A DNA stretch of 40,013 nucleotides from Pseudomonadota bacterium (GCA_025360685.1 JANYBR010000356.1:1-40013), one strand, 5' to 3'; positions 9,600 through 20,081 are shown, counted from the stretch's first letter. Numbers and translations are program-made. The notes: generated by a model from the letters alone, not told the origin.

Positions 9600-10459
9600 G
9601 CCGAAACGGCAATCTGCAATATGACGCCGAGGCGCTTGGCGCCAGCCTGCCGCCGCTGCTCGTCGACGCGGAGCGCCTCGCCGCAGCGGTGAGTCTGGGC
9701 GTGCACGGGCGGTGCAAGGCCGGCATGGGCGAGAGTTTCTGGCAGTTTCGGCGCTATCGTCCCGAAGATTCCTCGACCGCCATCGACTGGCGCCAATCGG
9801 CCAAGTCGCAGCACCTGTTCGTGCGCGAGCGCGAATGGGAAGCGGCGCAATCGGTGTGGTTCTGGTGCGATTCCTCGCCCGGCATGCAGTTCAAGTCGGG
9901 CAAGGTGACAAAAGCCGAGCGCGCCAAACTGTTGGCGCTGGCGCTCGCCTCCCTTCTGGTGCGCGGTGGAGAAAGAGTGGCACTGTTCGGCGACGCGCAT
10001 GCGCCCGCCAGTTCGCGCGCCGCGCTGCGCCGCATCGGTCACACGCTGCTCGATCTGGCGCCGAGCGATGTGGCCTTGCCGCCGGATGCGGCCATCACGA
10101 AGAACGCGCAGTTCGTCTGGTTCGGCGATTTTCTTTCGCCCCTGGACGACATCGAGATCACGTTGCGCCGCCTGTCGCGCTTCGCGGTCGCCGGCCAGCT
10201 GGTGCACATCATCGACCCGGCCGAAGAGGATTTTCCCTTCACCGGGCGAACGCGGTTCGAGGATGCGCGCGGAACCCTGAGCGAGACCGTCGGGCGTGCC
10301 GAAACCGTCGCCGGCGCCTATCGCACGCGCTTCAGGGCGCATGCCGAAGCGGTCGGTCTGCTGGCACGGCGGCTGGGCTGGACCCACATCACCCATCGCA
10401 CCGACCGCTCGCCGCAGACCGCGCTGGTCGCGCTCTATGCCGATATGAGTGGCGCTTAA
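9596..10459 (+). CDS. DUF58 family protein
   Basis: GVHGR..GMGESFWQFRRY, IDWRQSAKS, VREREWE; TTG start overlapping moxR stop. Confidence 0.9.
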   Translation: MSRNGNLQYDAEALGASLPPLLVDAERLAAAVSLGVHGRCKAGMGESFWQFRRYRPEDSSTAIDWRQSAKSQHLFVREREWEAAQSVWFWCDSSPGMQFKSGKVTKAERAKLLALALASLLVRGGERVALFGDAHAPASSRAALRRIGHTLLDLAPSDVALPPDAAITKNAQFVWFGDFLSPLDDIEITLRRLSRFAVAGQLVHIIDPAEEDFPFTGRTRFEDARGTLSETVGRAETVAGAYRTRFRAHAEAVGLLARRLGWTHITHRTDRSPQTALVALYADMSGA

Positions 10460-10463
10460 GCCC

Positions 10464-13193
10464 ATGGCTCTGCTTTCGGGATTGAGTTTCGGCGCGCCGT
10501 GGATTCTGGCGGCGCTGTTGGTTCTGCCAGCGATCTGGTGGTTGCTCAGGGTCACGCCGCCTCTGCCGCGCCGCGTGATGTTCCCGCCGTTGCGGCTGCT
10601 GCTTGGACTGTCCGGCGACGAAGAGACGCCGGCGCGCACGCCCTGGTGGCTGTTGCTGCTGCGCCTGATCGCAGCGGCCTGCGTGATCGTGGCCTTGGCC
10701 GATCCGTTGCTGGGAAAGGCGCCGCCCATCGCGGGCACGGGGCCGATGATCCTGTTCATCGACAATGGCTGGACCGCGGCGGCGAACTGGGACGCGCGGC
10801 TGGCAGTGATCGCCGATGTGCTGCGCACCGCTTCGCAACAGGGCCGCGCCATCGCCATCGTGCCCACGGCCGACCTGCCCGACGTAAGCCTGATGGATGC
10901 CGGCAAAGCGGCACGCATCGCGCAGGCGCTGACGCCGCAGCCCTGGCTGCCCGATCGCGTGCGCGCCGCCGCCGCGATCACCAAGGCGAAATTCACGGCG
11001 CGGCCGGAAATCATCTGGCTCAGCGACGGAATCGAGGACGGCCATGCCGGCGCCACCGCCGATGCGCTTGCGGCGGCAGGTTCGCTCAACATCTTCGCCG
11101 ACGGCGTCGGCAAGGGGCCGCTGGCGCTGCTGCCGCCGACCAGCGATCCGCGCGGCTTCGACATCAGCGTGATGCGCGCCAATGCCGAAGGCGAACGCAG
11201 TGGCCAGGTCAGCGCGCTCGGCAGCCATGACGAGCTGCTGGCCGGCGCTGGCTTTCGCTTCGACGGCGGACAAACCAGGACAAGCGTGCACATCGTGCTG
11301 CCGATGGAGGTGCGCAACGAGACCGCGCGCATCGCCGTCGCGAATATGGATTCTGCGGGCGCGGTGCAATTGCTCGGCGGCAGCGGTGCGCATCGCGCGG
11401 TCGGCATCGTTTCGGCCGCCATCAACGAGAACGAGCAGCCGCTGCTCTCCGACCTCTACTATCTGGAGCGCGCGCTTGCGCCCTATGCCGATGTCCGCAA
11501 AGGCACGGTCAGCGATCTGCTGGCGCGCAACATTTCCGTTCTGGTGCTTGCCGATGTCGGGCGTGTGGCCGGCAGCGACTATGACAAGGTCGCCAAATTC
11601 GTCGCCGGCGGCGGTCTGCTGATCCGTTTCGCCGGCGAGCGCATGACGGGCGGCACGGACGATCTGGTGCCGGTGAAGCTGAGAGTGGGCGGCCGCTATC
11701 TGGGTGGCGCGCTCGCCTGGGCCGAGCCGCAAAAGCTGGCGCCGTTCTCGGAAGCCAGCCCGTTCGCAGGCTTGAGCATTCCGGCCGATGTGTCGGTGAC
11801 GCGTCAGGTGCTGGCTGAACCGTCGGTCGAACTGGCCGATCGCAGCTGGGCGCGCCTGGCGGACGGAACGCCGCTGGTCACGGCGCAAGGCCGCGGCAAG
11901 GGCTGGATCGTCCTCTTTCACATCACGGCGGGTCCAAGCTGGTCGTCCCTGCCGCTCTCAGGACTTTATGTCGACATGATGCGCCGGCTCATGGCGCTGT
12001 CGAGCGGCACGCATCCGGCCGACATGCGCAGCGCTGCCAGTTTGCCGCCGGTCTCCACGCTAGACGGATTTGGCCGTTCGCGCCGGCCGCCGGCCGAAGC
12101 ATTGCCGATCCGCGCCGCCGATATCGCCAAGACCGTACCGTCGCGGCTGCATCCGCCCGGACTCTATGGCGTCGCTGGAACGGAGGACGCGTTGAACGCG
12201 GTGGCTGCGAACGACACACTTCTGCCGTTGGGCGATCTGGGACGGCCGATCCGGGAATATGCGCAGACCGCGGTGCTCGCGCTTGCGCCGTTCCTGCTTG
12301 CCCTCGCTATCGCGCTGCTGTTCCTCGATGCCGCGATCTCGCTGTGGATGCGCGGCTATCTCTCGCGGCTGCGTTTTGTCCGCGCCGCCGCGGCCGTGCT
12401 GGTCGCCTTCGCATTCCTTCACACGCCAGACGCGCGGGCCGACGATGCGTTCGACCTGAAGGCCGCCACCGATACACGGCTTGCCTACGTCGTCACCGGC
12501 CTTGGCGATGTCGACGACATGAGCAAGGCGGGCCTGACCGGCCTCGGCAACCAATTGCGCCAACGCACCTCGTATGAGCCGCTCGAACCGATGGGTGTCG
12601 ACATCGGCAAGGACGATCTGAGCTTCTTCCCGCTGCTCTACTGGCCGATGGATCCACGCGAGAAGGATCTGTCGCCGGAAGCGCTGTCGAAGATCGCAGA
12701 CTATATGCGCAATGGCGGCACGATCCTGTTCGATACGCGCGACCTGACGCTCGGCGCACAGCAGGGAGCGTCTTCGCCGGGCGAGCAGACGCTGCGCCGG
12801 CTTCTGGCCAAGCTCGATCTGCCGCCGCTGGAGCCGGTGCCGTCCGATCATGTGCTGACCAAGGCGTTCTACATTCTCCAGGATTTTCCCGGCCGCTGGG
12901 ACGGCGGCAAAGTCTGGGTCGAGGCGCTGCCGCCGGCCGATCCCAGCGCGGGCCCCACTCCGGCGCGCGGCGGCGACGGCGTGTCGCCTGTCATCATCGG
13001 CGGCAATGACTGGGCGGCCGCCTGGGCCGAACACGCTGACGGCTCGCCGCTGGTCGATGTCGTGCCGGGCGGCGAGCGCCAGCGCGAACTCGCCTTTCGC
13101 TTCGGCATCAATCTGGTCATGTACACCTTCACCGGCAACTACAAGGCCGACCAGGTGCATGTGCCCGCTTTGCTCGAGCGTCTGGGCAAATGA
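10464..13193 (+). CDS. BatA N-terminal / DUF4159 domain membrane protein
   Basis: F.APWILAALL.LP.IWWLLR.TPP..P...FPP N-terminus; C-terminal LSFFPLLYWP..YMRNGG..GGNDWAAAWA..FGINLVMY..TGNYKADQVH. Confidence 0.88.
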   Translation: MALLSGLSFGAPWILAALLVLPAIWWLLRVTPPLPRRVMFPPLRLLLGLSGDEETPARTPWWLLLLRLIAAACVIVALADPLLGKAPPIAGTGPMILFIDNGWTAAANWDARLAVIADVLRTASQQGRAIAIVPTADLPDVSLMDAGKAARIAQALTPQPWLPDRVRAAAAITKAKFTARPEIIWLSDGIEDGHAGATADALAAAGSLNIFADGVGKGPLALLPPTSDPRGFDISVMRANAEGERSGQVSALGSHDELLAGAGFRFDGGQTRTSVHIVLPMEVRNETARIAVANMDSAGAVQLLGGSGAHRAVGIVSAAINENEQPLLSDLYYLERALAPYADVRKGTVSDLLARNISVLVLADVGRVAGSDYDKVAKFVAGGGLLIRFAGERMTGGTDDLVPVKLRVGGRYLGGALAWAEPQKLAPFSEASPFAGLSIPADVSVTRQVLAEPSVELADRSWARLADGTPLVTAQGRGKGWIVLFHITAGPSWSSLPLSGLYVDMMRRLMALSSGTHPADMRSAASLPPVSTLDGFGRSRRPPAEALPIRAADIAKTVPSRLHPPGLYGVAGTEDALNAVAANDTLLPLGDLGRPIREYAQTAVLALAPFLLALAIALLFLDAAISLWMRGYLSRLRFVRAAAAVLVAFAFLHTPDARADDAFDLKAATDTRLAYVVTGLGDVDDMSKAGLTGLGNQLRQRTSYEPLEPMGVDIGKDDLSFFPLLYWPMDPREKDLSPEALSKIADYMRNGGTILFDTRDLTLGAQQGASSPGEQTLRRLLAKLDLPPLEPVPSDHVLTKAFYILQDFPGRWDGGKVWVEALPPADPSAGPTPARGGDGVSPVIIGGNDWAAAWAEHADGSPLVDVVPGGERQRELAFRFGINLVMYTFTGNYKADQVHVPALLERLGK

Positions 13194-15262
13194 GCACCAG
13201 CATCGATTTCGCGCCGCAGATTCCGCTGTTCCTGTTGTGGAGCGCGATCGGCATCGGCGCGCTTCTGAGCATCTTCGCCTTCGCGGTGCGGGCGCGCGGC
13301 GCCTGGGCGCGGGCACTTGCGTTTGTCGCGCTGGTCTTCGTTCTGGCCAACCCGCTGATCGTGCACGAAACCCGCTCGCCGCTGCCCGATGTGGCGGCCA
13401 TCGTCATCGACCGGTCGCAAAGCATGGGCATTGAAAGCCGACGCGCGCAGGAAGACGCCGCACTGGCTTCACTCCGCAAGCAGCTTGCCGGAGAGAAGGA
13501 CCTGGAGGTGCGCGAAAGCATCGTCACCACCACCACGACGGGCGAGGACAATGGCACGCAGCTGTTCGCCGGTCTGAATGCGGCGCTCGCGGACGTGCCT
13601 CCGGAGCGCATCGCGGGCGCGATCCTCATCACCGACGGCGAAGTGCATGACGCGCCGCCGGCCGACAAGCTTGCCATCCATGCGCCGTTGCATGCGCTGA
13701 TCGCGGGCCGCAGAGACGAGCGCGACCGCAAGCTCACCATCGTCAACGCGGCGCGCTTTGCCATTGTCGGGCAGACGGCCGGCATGGTCGTGCGGGTGGA
13801 CGATTTCGGCGGCGTCCAGGGCGGCACGGCCGATGTCGAGATCCGCATCGACGGCAACAGCATCGGCACGCACGTCGTGCCCGTCGGCAAGGACACCACC
13901 ATCGACATACCGGTCGGCCATGGCGGCGAGAATGTCGTCGAGGTCGAAGCGCGGCCCGGCCCATCGGAGCTCACGCTGCAAAACAATCGCGCCGTAGTGA
14001 CCGTGTCGGGCGTGCGCGACCGCTTGCGCGTTCTGCTCGTTTCCGGCGAGCCGCATGCCGGCGAGCGCGTGTGGCGAAACCTGCTCAAGGCCGATCCTTC
14101 GGTCGATCTGGTGCACTTCACCATCCTGCGGCCGCCGACGAAACAGGACGCGACGCCGATCGACGAATTGTCGCTGATCGCGTTTCCGACGCGCGAATTG
14201 TTCTCCGAGAAGCTCGCCAGCTTCGACCTGGTTATCTTCGACCGCTACAGCGAGCATGGCGACCAGCGCATCCTGCCGATGCTCTATTATGAAAATCTCG
14301 CCGCCTATGTCGAGAATGGCGGTGCCTTGCTCGTCGCGTCGGGGCCGGAGTTCGCGCAGCCGATGAGCATCTCGCGTACGCCGCTGGCCTCGGTGCTGCC
14401 GGCGCAGCCGACCGGCGAGATCGTGACGCAAGGCTTCAAGCCCATGGTCACGGCCCAGGGCATGGCCCATCCGGTGACGCGCGATCTGCCCGGCGAGAAC
14501 ACCGCAACGTCGCCGCCGAGCTGGGGCCGCTGGTTTCGCGTCATCGGCGCCAACAGGATTTCCGGCGAGACCGTGATGAGCGGGCCGAACGACCGCCCGC
14601 TGCTGGTGCTCGACAATGTGAAGCAAGGCCGCGTTGCGGAATTGCTCTCCGATCATGCCTGGCTGTGGGCGCGCGGCTTCGAGGGTGGCGGACCGCAGGC
14701 CGAACTTCTGCGCCGCCTGGCGCACTGGCTGATGAAGGAGCCGGAACTCGAAGAAGAACGCCTCGCCGCGACGATCGCCGACGGCGTGATCGCCGTCGAA
14801 CGCCGCAGCATGGCGAACGCCGCCCAGCCGGTAAGCCTGACCTATCCGTCCGGCAAGAAGGTCACACTCATGCTCGCCAAGGTCGAACCCGGCATCTGGC
14901 GCGCCACCGCCAAGGCGGACGAGTTGGGGCTCTATCGCCTGACCGACGGCACGCTCACGGCCGTCGCGGCGGCTGGCCCGCTGAACCCGAAGGAAGTCGC
15001 CGACATGCGCGCGACCGATCGGATCTTGCAGCCGATCGCGCAGGCGAGCGGCGGATCGGTTCATTGGCTGGCCGATGGTGTGCCGGACGCGCGCCGGGTA
15101 AACGCGAGCGGCAACGCGGCGGGTGCCAACTGGATCGGCCTGCGCGCCAACGGCGCCTACCGCGTGACGAGCGTCGAGCAGCAGCCATTGTTGCCGCCAT
15201 GGGCCGCGCTTGTGCTGCTGCTCGGAACGCTGCTGCTGGCCTGGCGCGTCGAGGGGCGCTGA
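13190..15262 (+). CDS. Conserved membrane protein of the MoxR operon (vWA-like and GATase-like domains)
   Basis: IDRSQSM, ILITDGEVHD, LVSGEPHAGERVWRNLLKAD, WLWARGFEGGGP; terminal TM helices. Confidence 0.85.
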   Translation: MSTSIDFAPQIPLFLLWSAIGIGALLSIFAFAVRARGAWARALAFVALVFVLANPLIVHETRSPLPDVAAIVIDRSQSMGIESRRAQEDAALASLRKQLAGEKDLEVRESIVTTTTTGEDNGTQLFAGLNAALADVPPERIAGAILITDGEVHDAPPADKLAIHAPLHALIAGRRDERDRKLTIVNAARFAIVGQTAGMVVRVDDFGGVQGGTADVEIRIDGNSIGTHVVPVGKDTTIDIPVGHGGENVVEVEARPGPSELTLQNNRAVVTVSGVRDRLRVLLVSGEPHAGERVWRNLLKADPSVDLVHFTILRPPTKQDATPIDELSLIAFPTRELFSEKLASFDLVIFDRYSEHGDQRILPMLYYENLAAYVENGGALLVASGPEFAQPMSISRTPLASVLPAQPTGEIVTQGFKPMVTAQGMAHPVTRDLPGENTATSPPSWGRWFRVIGANRISGETVMSGPNDRPLLVLDNVKQGRVAELLSDHAWLWARGFEGGGPQAELLRRLAHWLMKEPELEEERLAATIADGVIAVERRSMANAAQPVSLTYPSGKKVTLMLAKVEPGIWRATAKADELGLYRLTDGTLTAVAAAGPLNPKEVADMRATDRILQPIAQASGGSVHWLADGVPDARRVNASGNAAGANWIGLRANGAYRVTSVEQQPLLPPWAALVLLLGTLLLAWRVEGR

Positions 15263-15277
15263 GCAGCAAAGGCCGCG

Positions 15278-15937
15278 CTAAGCGACCTGCGAACCTCTTG
15301 ACGGCATCGCGTCGAACAAGCCGCGCAGGGGACTGCGCAAGTAGCTGGGCCTTTCGCGCATGCGTACCAGCCACTTCGTTGCGCCCGGTGCCTTTGCCAG
15401 CAGCGCCGCGCCTTCCGGAACTTTGCTGAAGAAGAGCAGGTGCGGCAGAAGAAAACTGTCCGCGATCGTCAAGGATTTTCCCGCCAGATACGGCGTCTCT
15501 GTCACGGTCTCGTCGATCAGGCGCACCTGGAGGGCCAAAGGCTCGCGCGCCGATTCGATGAAGGCCTGATCCGGCTCGAAGCCCCAGGCGGGACGCACCA
15601 GCTTCTCCTTCATGAACCGGTTCATCACGGGAAAGATGTAGGCGTTGACGATACTGATCCAGCGCACCACATGGGCTTGACCCAGCGCATCAGACGGTTG
15701 CAGCGGTGGTCCGTCGAACGCCTTGTCGATGTAGTGCGCGATTGCGGCGGTCTCGTAGAGAAAGTGCGCGCCATGCTGAAGCACGGGCATCTTGCCGAAG
15801 GGATGCAACCTCAGATGTTCCGGCGAGCGGTAGACCAGGGGAACGAAATCGTACGAAACGCCTTTCTCGTCGGCGACGTGCATGGCCGTCCACAGATAGG
15901 CGCTGTCTGCCATCGAATGAAATGTGATGTCGGCCAT
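15278..15937 (-). CDS. Glutathione S-transferase family protein
   Basis: HPFGKMPVL, LYETAAIAHYID, YLAGKSLTIAD; start at ATG 15937. Confidence 0.9.
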   Translation of the reverse strand: MADITFHSMADSAYLWTAMHVADEKGVSYDFVPLVYRSPEHLRLHPFGKMPVLQHGAHFLYETAAIAHYIDKAFDGPPLQPSDALGQAHVVRWISIVNAYIFPVMNRFMKEKLVRPAWGFEPDQAFIESAREPLALQVRLIDETVTETPYLAGKSLTIADSFLLPHLLFFSKVPEGAALLAKAPGATKWLVRMRERPSYLRSPLRGLFDAMPSRGSQVA

Positions 15938-16144
15938 GAGGCACCTCGTCGCGCGAACCCTAGAAGGGCGCGCGATGACCAAGCTTGAGGTGGATCAATC
16001 GCCGCAGACCTGCTCGGGCTGGCGCACTCGGTGAATTGCTCTGGGGTTACATTGCGCTCCGGGGAGCGCATCGGAGCGAACAACCGCGACTTTTTTCGCA
16101 AGGCGCGGCGCGGTGAGTGGAGCGGCGATCGATCCGAACGTGGC

Positions 16145-16699
16145 TTAGCCCGAAGCCAATCCTGCGCTATCCGCACACACCGGTTCGTCCAACCTGGCGC
16201 GGCGCACTTCGCCGGAGAGGTTGAGCAGGCTACCTGGTTTCAGCGAGAGACCGAGCACGCGCGACGGATCAACCGGCCCGGGAAAGCGGATGCGCCCCGA
16301 CGGCAGCTTCGCGAAGCCGACGCGCGCATAATAGGGCTCGTCGCCGACCAGGATCGCCGCCTCATGGCCGCGCCGTCGCGCTTCCTCCAGCGCGCGTTCC
16401 ATCAGCGCCACGCCGATGCCGCGACCGCGCTGGTCGGATTTCACCGCAAGCGGACCCAGCATCAGCGCGCGCTGGGCGCCGATCATGATCGGCCAGAAGC
16501 GCACCGAGCCGCGCAGCTCGCCGGCCTGAATCGCGACGAACGCAAGTTCATCGACCTGCGACACACCTTCGCGAAGGCGGTAGGCAGACTTCGCAAAACG
16601 GCCCGGACCGAAGGCGGTTTCGTTCAAATGCTCCACCAGGGGAGCGTCTTGGGGCCGCTCCGGGCGGATCGTCCAGGCAGGTTCGCTTGCTTCGCTCAA
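16145..16699 (-). CDS. GNAT N-acetyltransferase (YhbS-like)
   Basis: AFGPGRFAKSAYRLREG, LGPLAV..QRGRGIG, LVGDEPYYARVGF; start uncertain (TTG 16699). Confidence 0.88.
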   Translation of the reverse strand: MSEASEPAWTIRPERPQDAPLVEHLNETAFGPGRFAKSAYRLREGVSQVDELAFVAIQAGELRGSVRFWPIMIGAQRALMLGPLAVKSDQRGRGIGVALMERALEEARRRGHEAAILVGDEPYYARVGFAKLPSGRIRFPGPVDPSRVLGLSLKPGSLLNLSGEVRRARLDEPVCADSAGLASG

Positions 16700-16747
16700 G
16701 GAGGGCTCGGTAATCTTGGGGCCACGGAAATCCGGCGGAGGAAACAC

Positions 16748-17665
16748 ATGGGCGTGCTGGAAGGCAAGGTTGTTCTGGTGACGGGTGGCGCCAACGGCAT
16801 CGGCAAGGAGTGCGCCCTGCTCGCCGCCAAGGAGGGCGCCAAGGTCGTCGTCAACGATCTGGGCGGTGCGGTGGCTGGCGGCGACGAAGGCTCGGCCGGC
16901 CCGGCCGAGATGGTCGCGCGAGAGATCATCGCCGCCGGCGGCAAGGCCGTCGCCAACTCCGACAGCGTCACCAACCGCAAAGGTGTGGCGCACATGATCG
17001 AGCAGGCCATGGACTCTTTCAAAGGCCTGCATGCCGTGATCAATCCGGCCGGTATTTTGCGCGACACGATGTTCCACAAGATGACCGACATGGACTGGGA
17101 CATGGTCGTCGATGTGCATCTCAACGGCGCCTACAACGTGACGCGCGCCACGATCAATCACTTTCGCGAGCAGAACGAAGGCTCGTACGTTCTTTTCACG
17201 TCCACGTCGGGACTGATCGGCAATATCGGCCAGGCCAATTACGCGGCCGTGAAGATGGGCGTTGTCGGCCTGTCGCGCATCATCGCGATGGAAGGCCAGG
17301 CCAAGAATGTGCGCTCGAACACCATCGCGCCGTTCGCCTGGTCGCGCATGATCGCGACGATTCCCGTCAAGGACGAAGCGTCCGCCAAGCGCGTCGATCG
17401 CATGAAGAACTTCATGCGTGCCGATCAGGTGGCACAGCTGGCCGTCAGCCTCGCCTCGCCGGCCTGCAAGGACGTCAATGGTCAGATCTTCGCCGCGCGC
17501 GGCAACGAGATTTTCCTGATGAGCCAGCCGCGTCCGGTGCGCGGCCTGGGCAAGATCGAAGGCTGGACCCCGGCCACGATCGCCGAGCATTGCATGGCCG
17601 CGATGAAACCGAATTTCACGGACCTGCAACCGACGACCGGAACGTTCGGCTGGGATCCGGTGTGA
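16748..17665 (+). CDS. SDR oxidoreductase (MFE-2/3-hydroxyacyl-CoA dehydrogenase-like), copy 1
   Basis: TGGANGIG, VVVNDLGG, NPAGILRD, YAAVK; GGAGG RBS before ATG 16748. Confidence 0.92.
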   Translation: MGVLEGKVVLVTGGANGIGKECALLAAKEGAKVVVNDLGGAVAGGDEGSAGPAEMVAREIIAAGGKAVANSDSVTNRKGVAHMIEQAMDSFKGLHAVINPAGILRDTMFHKMTDMDWDMVVDVHLNGAYNVTRATINHFREQNEGSYVLFTSTSGLIGNIGQANYAAVKMGVVGLSRIIAMEGQAKNVRSNTIAPFAWSRMIATIPVKDEASAKRVDRMKNFMRADQVAQLAVSLASPACKDVNGQIFAARGNEIFLMSQPRPVRGLGKIEGWTPATIAEHCMAAMKPNFTDLQPTTGTFGWDPV

Positions 17666-17685
17666 GGCAGGAGACAGTTTAGAAA

Positions 17686-17710
17686 TTCGACCCTCCCTCA
17701 AGGGGAGGGT
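17686..17710. repeat. Half copy of the 5541-5702 repeat
   Basis: TTCGACCCTCCCTCAAGGGGAGGGT is the exact reverse complement of 5541-5565. Confidence 0.85.
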
Positions 17711-17763
17711 GGAGATTTGTGCGGCGTGCTTGAGATCAGCACACAACAACAACGGAGGTAACG

Positions 17764-18690
17764 ATGGGTATTCTGGAAGGCAAAGTGGTGTGGGTCACGG
17801 GCGGCGGCAACGGTATCGGCAAGGACACTGCGCTGATCGCGGCGAAAGAAGGCGCCAAGGTCGTGGTCAACGATCTGGGCGGCGGCTTCAAGGGCGACGA
17901 TGAAGGCTCGGCAAGCCCAGCAGAACAAGTCGCGGCCGAAATCCGCAAGAATGGCGGCAAGGCGTTCTCGAACTCCGACAGCGTGACGTCCCTGAAGGCG
18001 ATGGAAGCCTTGCGCGACCAGACCTTGAAGGAATTCGGCGGGCTGCACGGCGTCATCAATCCGGCCGGCATCCTGCGCGATGCGATGTTCCACAAGATGA
18101 CCGAGTTCGACTGGGACAAGGTGATCGAGGTGCATCTGCGCGGCTCCTACAATGTCTGCCGCGCCACCATCGAGCATTTCCGCGAGCAACAGGACGGCGC
18201 CTATGCTCTGTTCACGTCCACCTCGGGCCTGATCGGCAATATCGGCCAGGCGAATTATGCCGCGGCCAAGCTCGGCATCATGGGCCTGTCGCGCGTGGTG
18301 GCGATGGAAGGCGCCAAGACCAATGTGCGCTCCAACATCATTGCGCCGGTCGCCTGGACCCGCATGACGCAATCGGTGCCGATCCGCGACGAAGCGCAGG
18401 CCAAGCGCCGCGAAATCATGGCGGCCACGATCCGTCCCGACCAGCCGGCCAAGCTTGCGGTGGCTCTCGTGTCGAACCTTGCCAAGGACGTAACCGGCCA
18501 GATCTTCGGCGCGCGCGCCGACACGATCGAGCTCTACAGCCAGCCGCGGGCGATCATGAACATCAACAAGGAAGGCGGCTGGACGCCGGAAGGCATCGCC
18601 ACCGAAGCCTTCGGCCAGATGAAGGAGAAGTTCTTCCCGGTATCGCGCTCGGCGACATCACCGCAGCCGGCACCGGCCAAGACGGGGTGA
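17764..18690 (+). CDS. SDR oxidoreductase, tandem paralog copy 2
   Basis: TGGGNGIG, VVVNDLGG, NPAGILRD, YAAAK; GGAGG RBS. Confidence 0.92.
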   Translation: MGILEGKVVWVTGGGNGIGKDTALIAAKEGAKVVVNDLGGGFKGDDEGSASPAEQVAAEIRKNGGKAFSNSDSVTSLKAMEALRDQTLKEFGGLHGVINPAGILRDAMFHKMTEFDWDKVIEVHLRGSYNVCRATIEHFREQQDGAYALFTSTSGLIGNIGQANYAAAKLGIMGLSRVVAMEGAKTNVRSNIIAPVAWTRMTQSVPIRDEAQAKRREIMAATIRPDQPAKLAVALVSNLAKDVTGQIFGARADTIELYSQPRAIMNINKEGGWTPEGIATEAFGQMKEKFFPVSRSATSPQPAPAKTG

Positions 18691-18733
18691 TCGGGAACGG
18701 CGAAATTGATTTGGGTTGAGTTGAACCCCTCGC

Positions 18734-18861
18734 TGTCATGGCCCGCAAATGCGGGCCACCCAGGTGATCGCGGGTGCAATTCTTCAAGGAACGCCGCAGT
18801 TTCATTTTTGAAGTCGAGTGAAGCGTCAACTGGGCGGCCCGCACTCCGGCGGGCCGTGACA
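18734..18861. repeat. REPIN-like element (GTCATGGCCCGC...GCGGGCCACCCAG arms), copy 1
   Basis: Left arm 18734-18763 and inverted right arm 18830-18861; second copy at 22966. Confidence 0.85.
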
Positions 18862-18883
18862 TCGGTAGATTAAAGCTCTCCCC

Positions 18884-19357
18884 TCACCAATACGGCGCGG
18901 GCGGGAGGTTGCCGGCGAATTCGGCAAGGCGCCGCCTGGTTCCGACCGAAGTACCCTGTGGCGGATCGGCCGGGTCGACAAAAATGACTTCACGCACTTC
19001 GAGATTGGGCGTGAACGTGACCTGCGCATTCGCCAGCCGGTAGAGCACGATCACGTTCGTTGCCCAGCCGGAACGGCGCGAAAAGATTCCGATCAGCTGC
19101 GGCGCGTCGGCGCGAACCTCGCCGATTTCCTCTTTCAGCTCGCGCAAGATCGCGTCCACCGGCGCTTCGCCGCGCGCCACGCCGCCACCGGGCAAGGACC
19201 ATCCCGTCATATAGCTGTGCCGCGCCAGTAGGACCTTGCCGGAACAATCGACGATCAGCGCATGCGCGCCCAGCGCGACAGGCGACCACACGGCTTTGAT
19301 GGCCATCAGACCGCCAACGCCGAGCCGCGAGGCCAACGACTTCACTCCGGCCAGCAT
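18884..19357 (-). CDS. NUDIX hydrolase
   Basis: Nudix box WSLPGGGVARGE..AILRELKEEIG. Confidence 0.9.
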   Translation of the reverse strand: MLAGVKSLASRLGVGGLMAIKAVWSPVALGAHALIVDCSGKVLLARHSYMTGWSLPGGGVARGEAPVDAILRELKEEIGEVRADAPQLIGIFSRRSGWATNVIVLYRLANAQVTFTPNLEVREVIFVDPADPPQGTSVGTRRRLAEFAGNLPPAPYW

Positions 19358-19565
19358 GCAGTTCCTCCGGGGCAGCTTTGTAAGGAATTACTAACCATCG
19401 ACTGCCTACATTCCAACCGCAATTCACAGACAGAATCCCAACGTGCCGTCGCGATTCGTGTTGCTGCCAGAGACCATGTGTACCGGCCTCCGCGTTTTCA
19501 CGCGCGGTGACTGGCGCAGAGCCGTTCGCTCCCGCTGGCGCCGGCTTGGAACAAGAGAGTAGGCG

Positions 19566-20081
19566 ATGTCCGGGGGGGCGTTCGAATTCCTGAAGGCGCT
19601 GATTGTCGAAGACAATCCGCAGATGCGCGCTCTGCTTCGTGCCCTGCTCAATGCGATCGGAATCACGACCGTGTATGAAGCGATCGACGGCGACCAGGCG
19701 TTCGACATATTGCGCGACCGCCAGCCCGACTTGATCCTTACCGATCTGTCCATGAAGCCCAGCAATGGCATCGAATTTGCCCTGCAGGTGCGCAATTCAA
19801 AGACCAGTCCGAATCCGTACGCTCCGATCCTCATGGTGACCGGACACACCGAAAAGCACAGGGTCGAAGCGGCGCGCGATGCCGGCGTTACCGAAGTGCT
19901 GGCCAAGCCCGTCACGGCGCAAAGTTTGTTCTCGCGCATTGCCGAAATCGTCGAGCATCCGCGGCCATTCGTGAGCTGCCCGGATTATTTCGGCCCGGAT
20001 CGGCGACGTCACCGCAGCAAAGACTATGCAGGTCCGTTCCGCCGGCGCGAGGACTTCGAAAACGACCTGGATATCCGATGA
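19566..20081 (+). CDS. CheY-like receiver with Arg-rich C-terminal motif (Cle-like c-di-GMP effector)
   Basis: IVEDN, LTDLSM, TGH, LAKP receiver motifs; tail RPFV..YFGPDRRR. Confidence 0.85.
   Translation: MSGGAFEFLKALIVEDNPQMRALLRALLNAIGITTVYEAIDGDQAFDILRDRQPDLILTDLSMKPSNGIEFALQVRNSKTSPNPYAPILMVTGHTEKHRVEAARDAGVTEVLAKPVTAQSLFSRIAEIVEHPRPFVSCPDYFGPDRRRHRSKDYAGPFRRREDFENDLDIR

Noticed and set aside
2712-15064. Long antisense ORFs (2712-4640, 9170-11425, 10389-11921, 13469-15064 and others)
   Set aside because: Opposite well-supported genes; expected from high-GC codon bias; no recognisable motifs.
16031-16747. N-terminal extension making a 544-aa SDR fusion
   Set aside because: Extension is the antisense of the GNAT gene; a strong RBS precedes ATG 16748.
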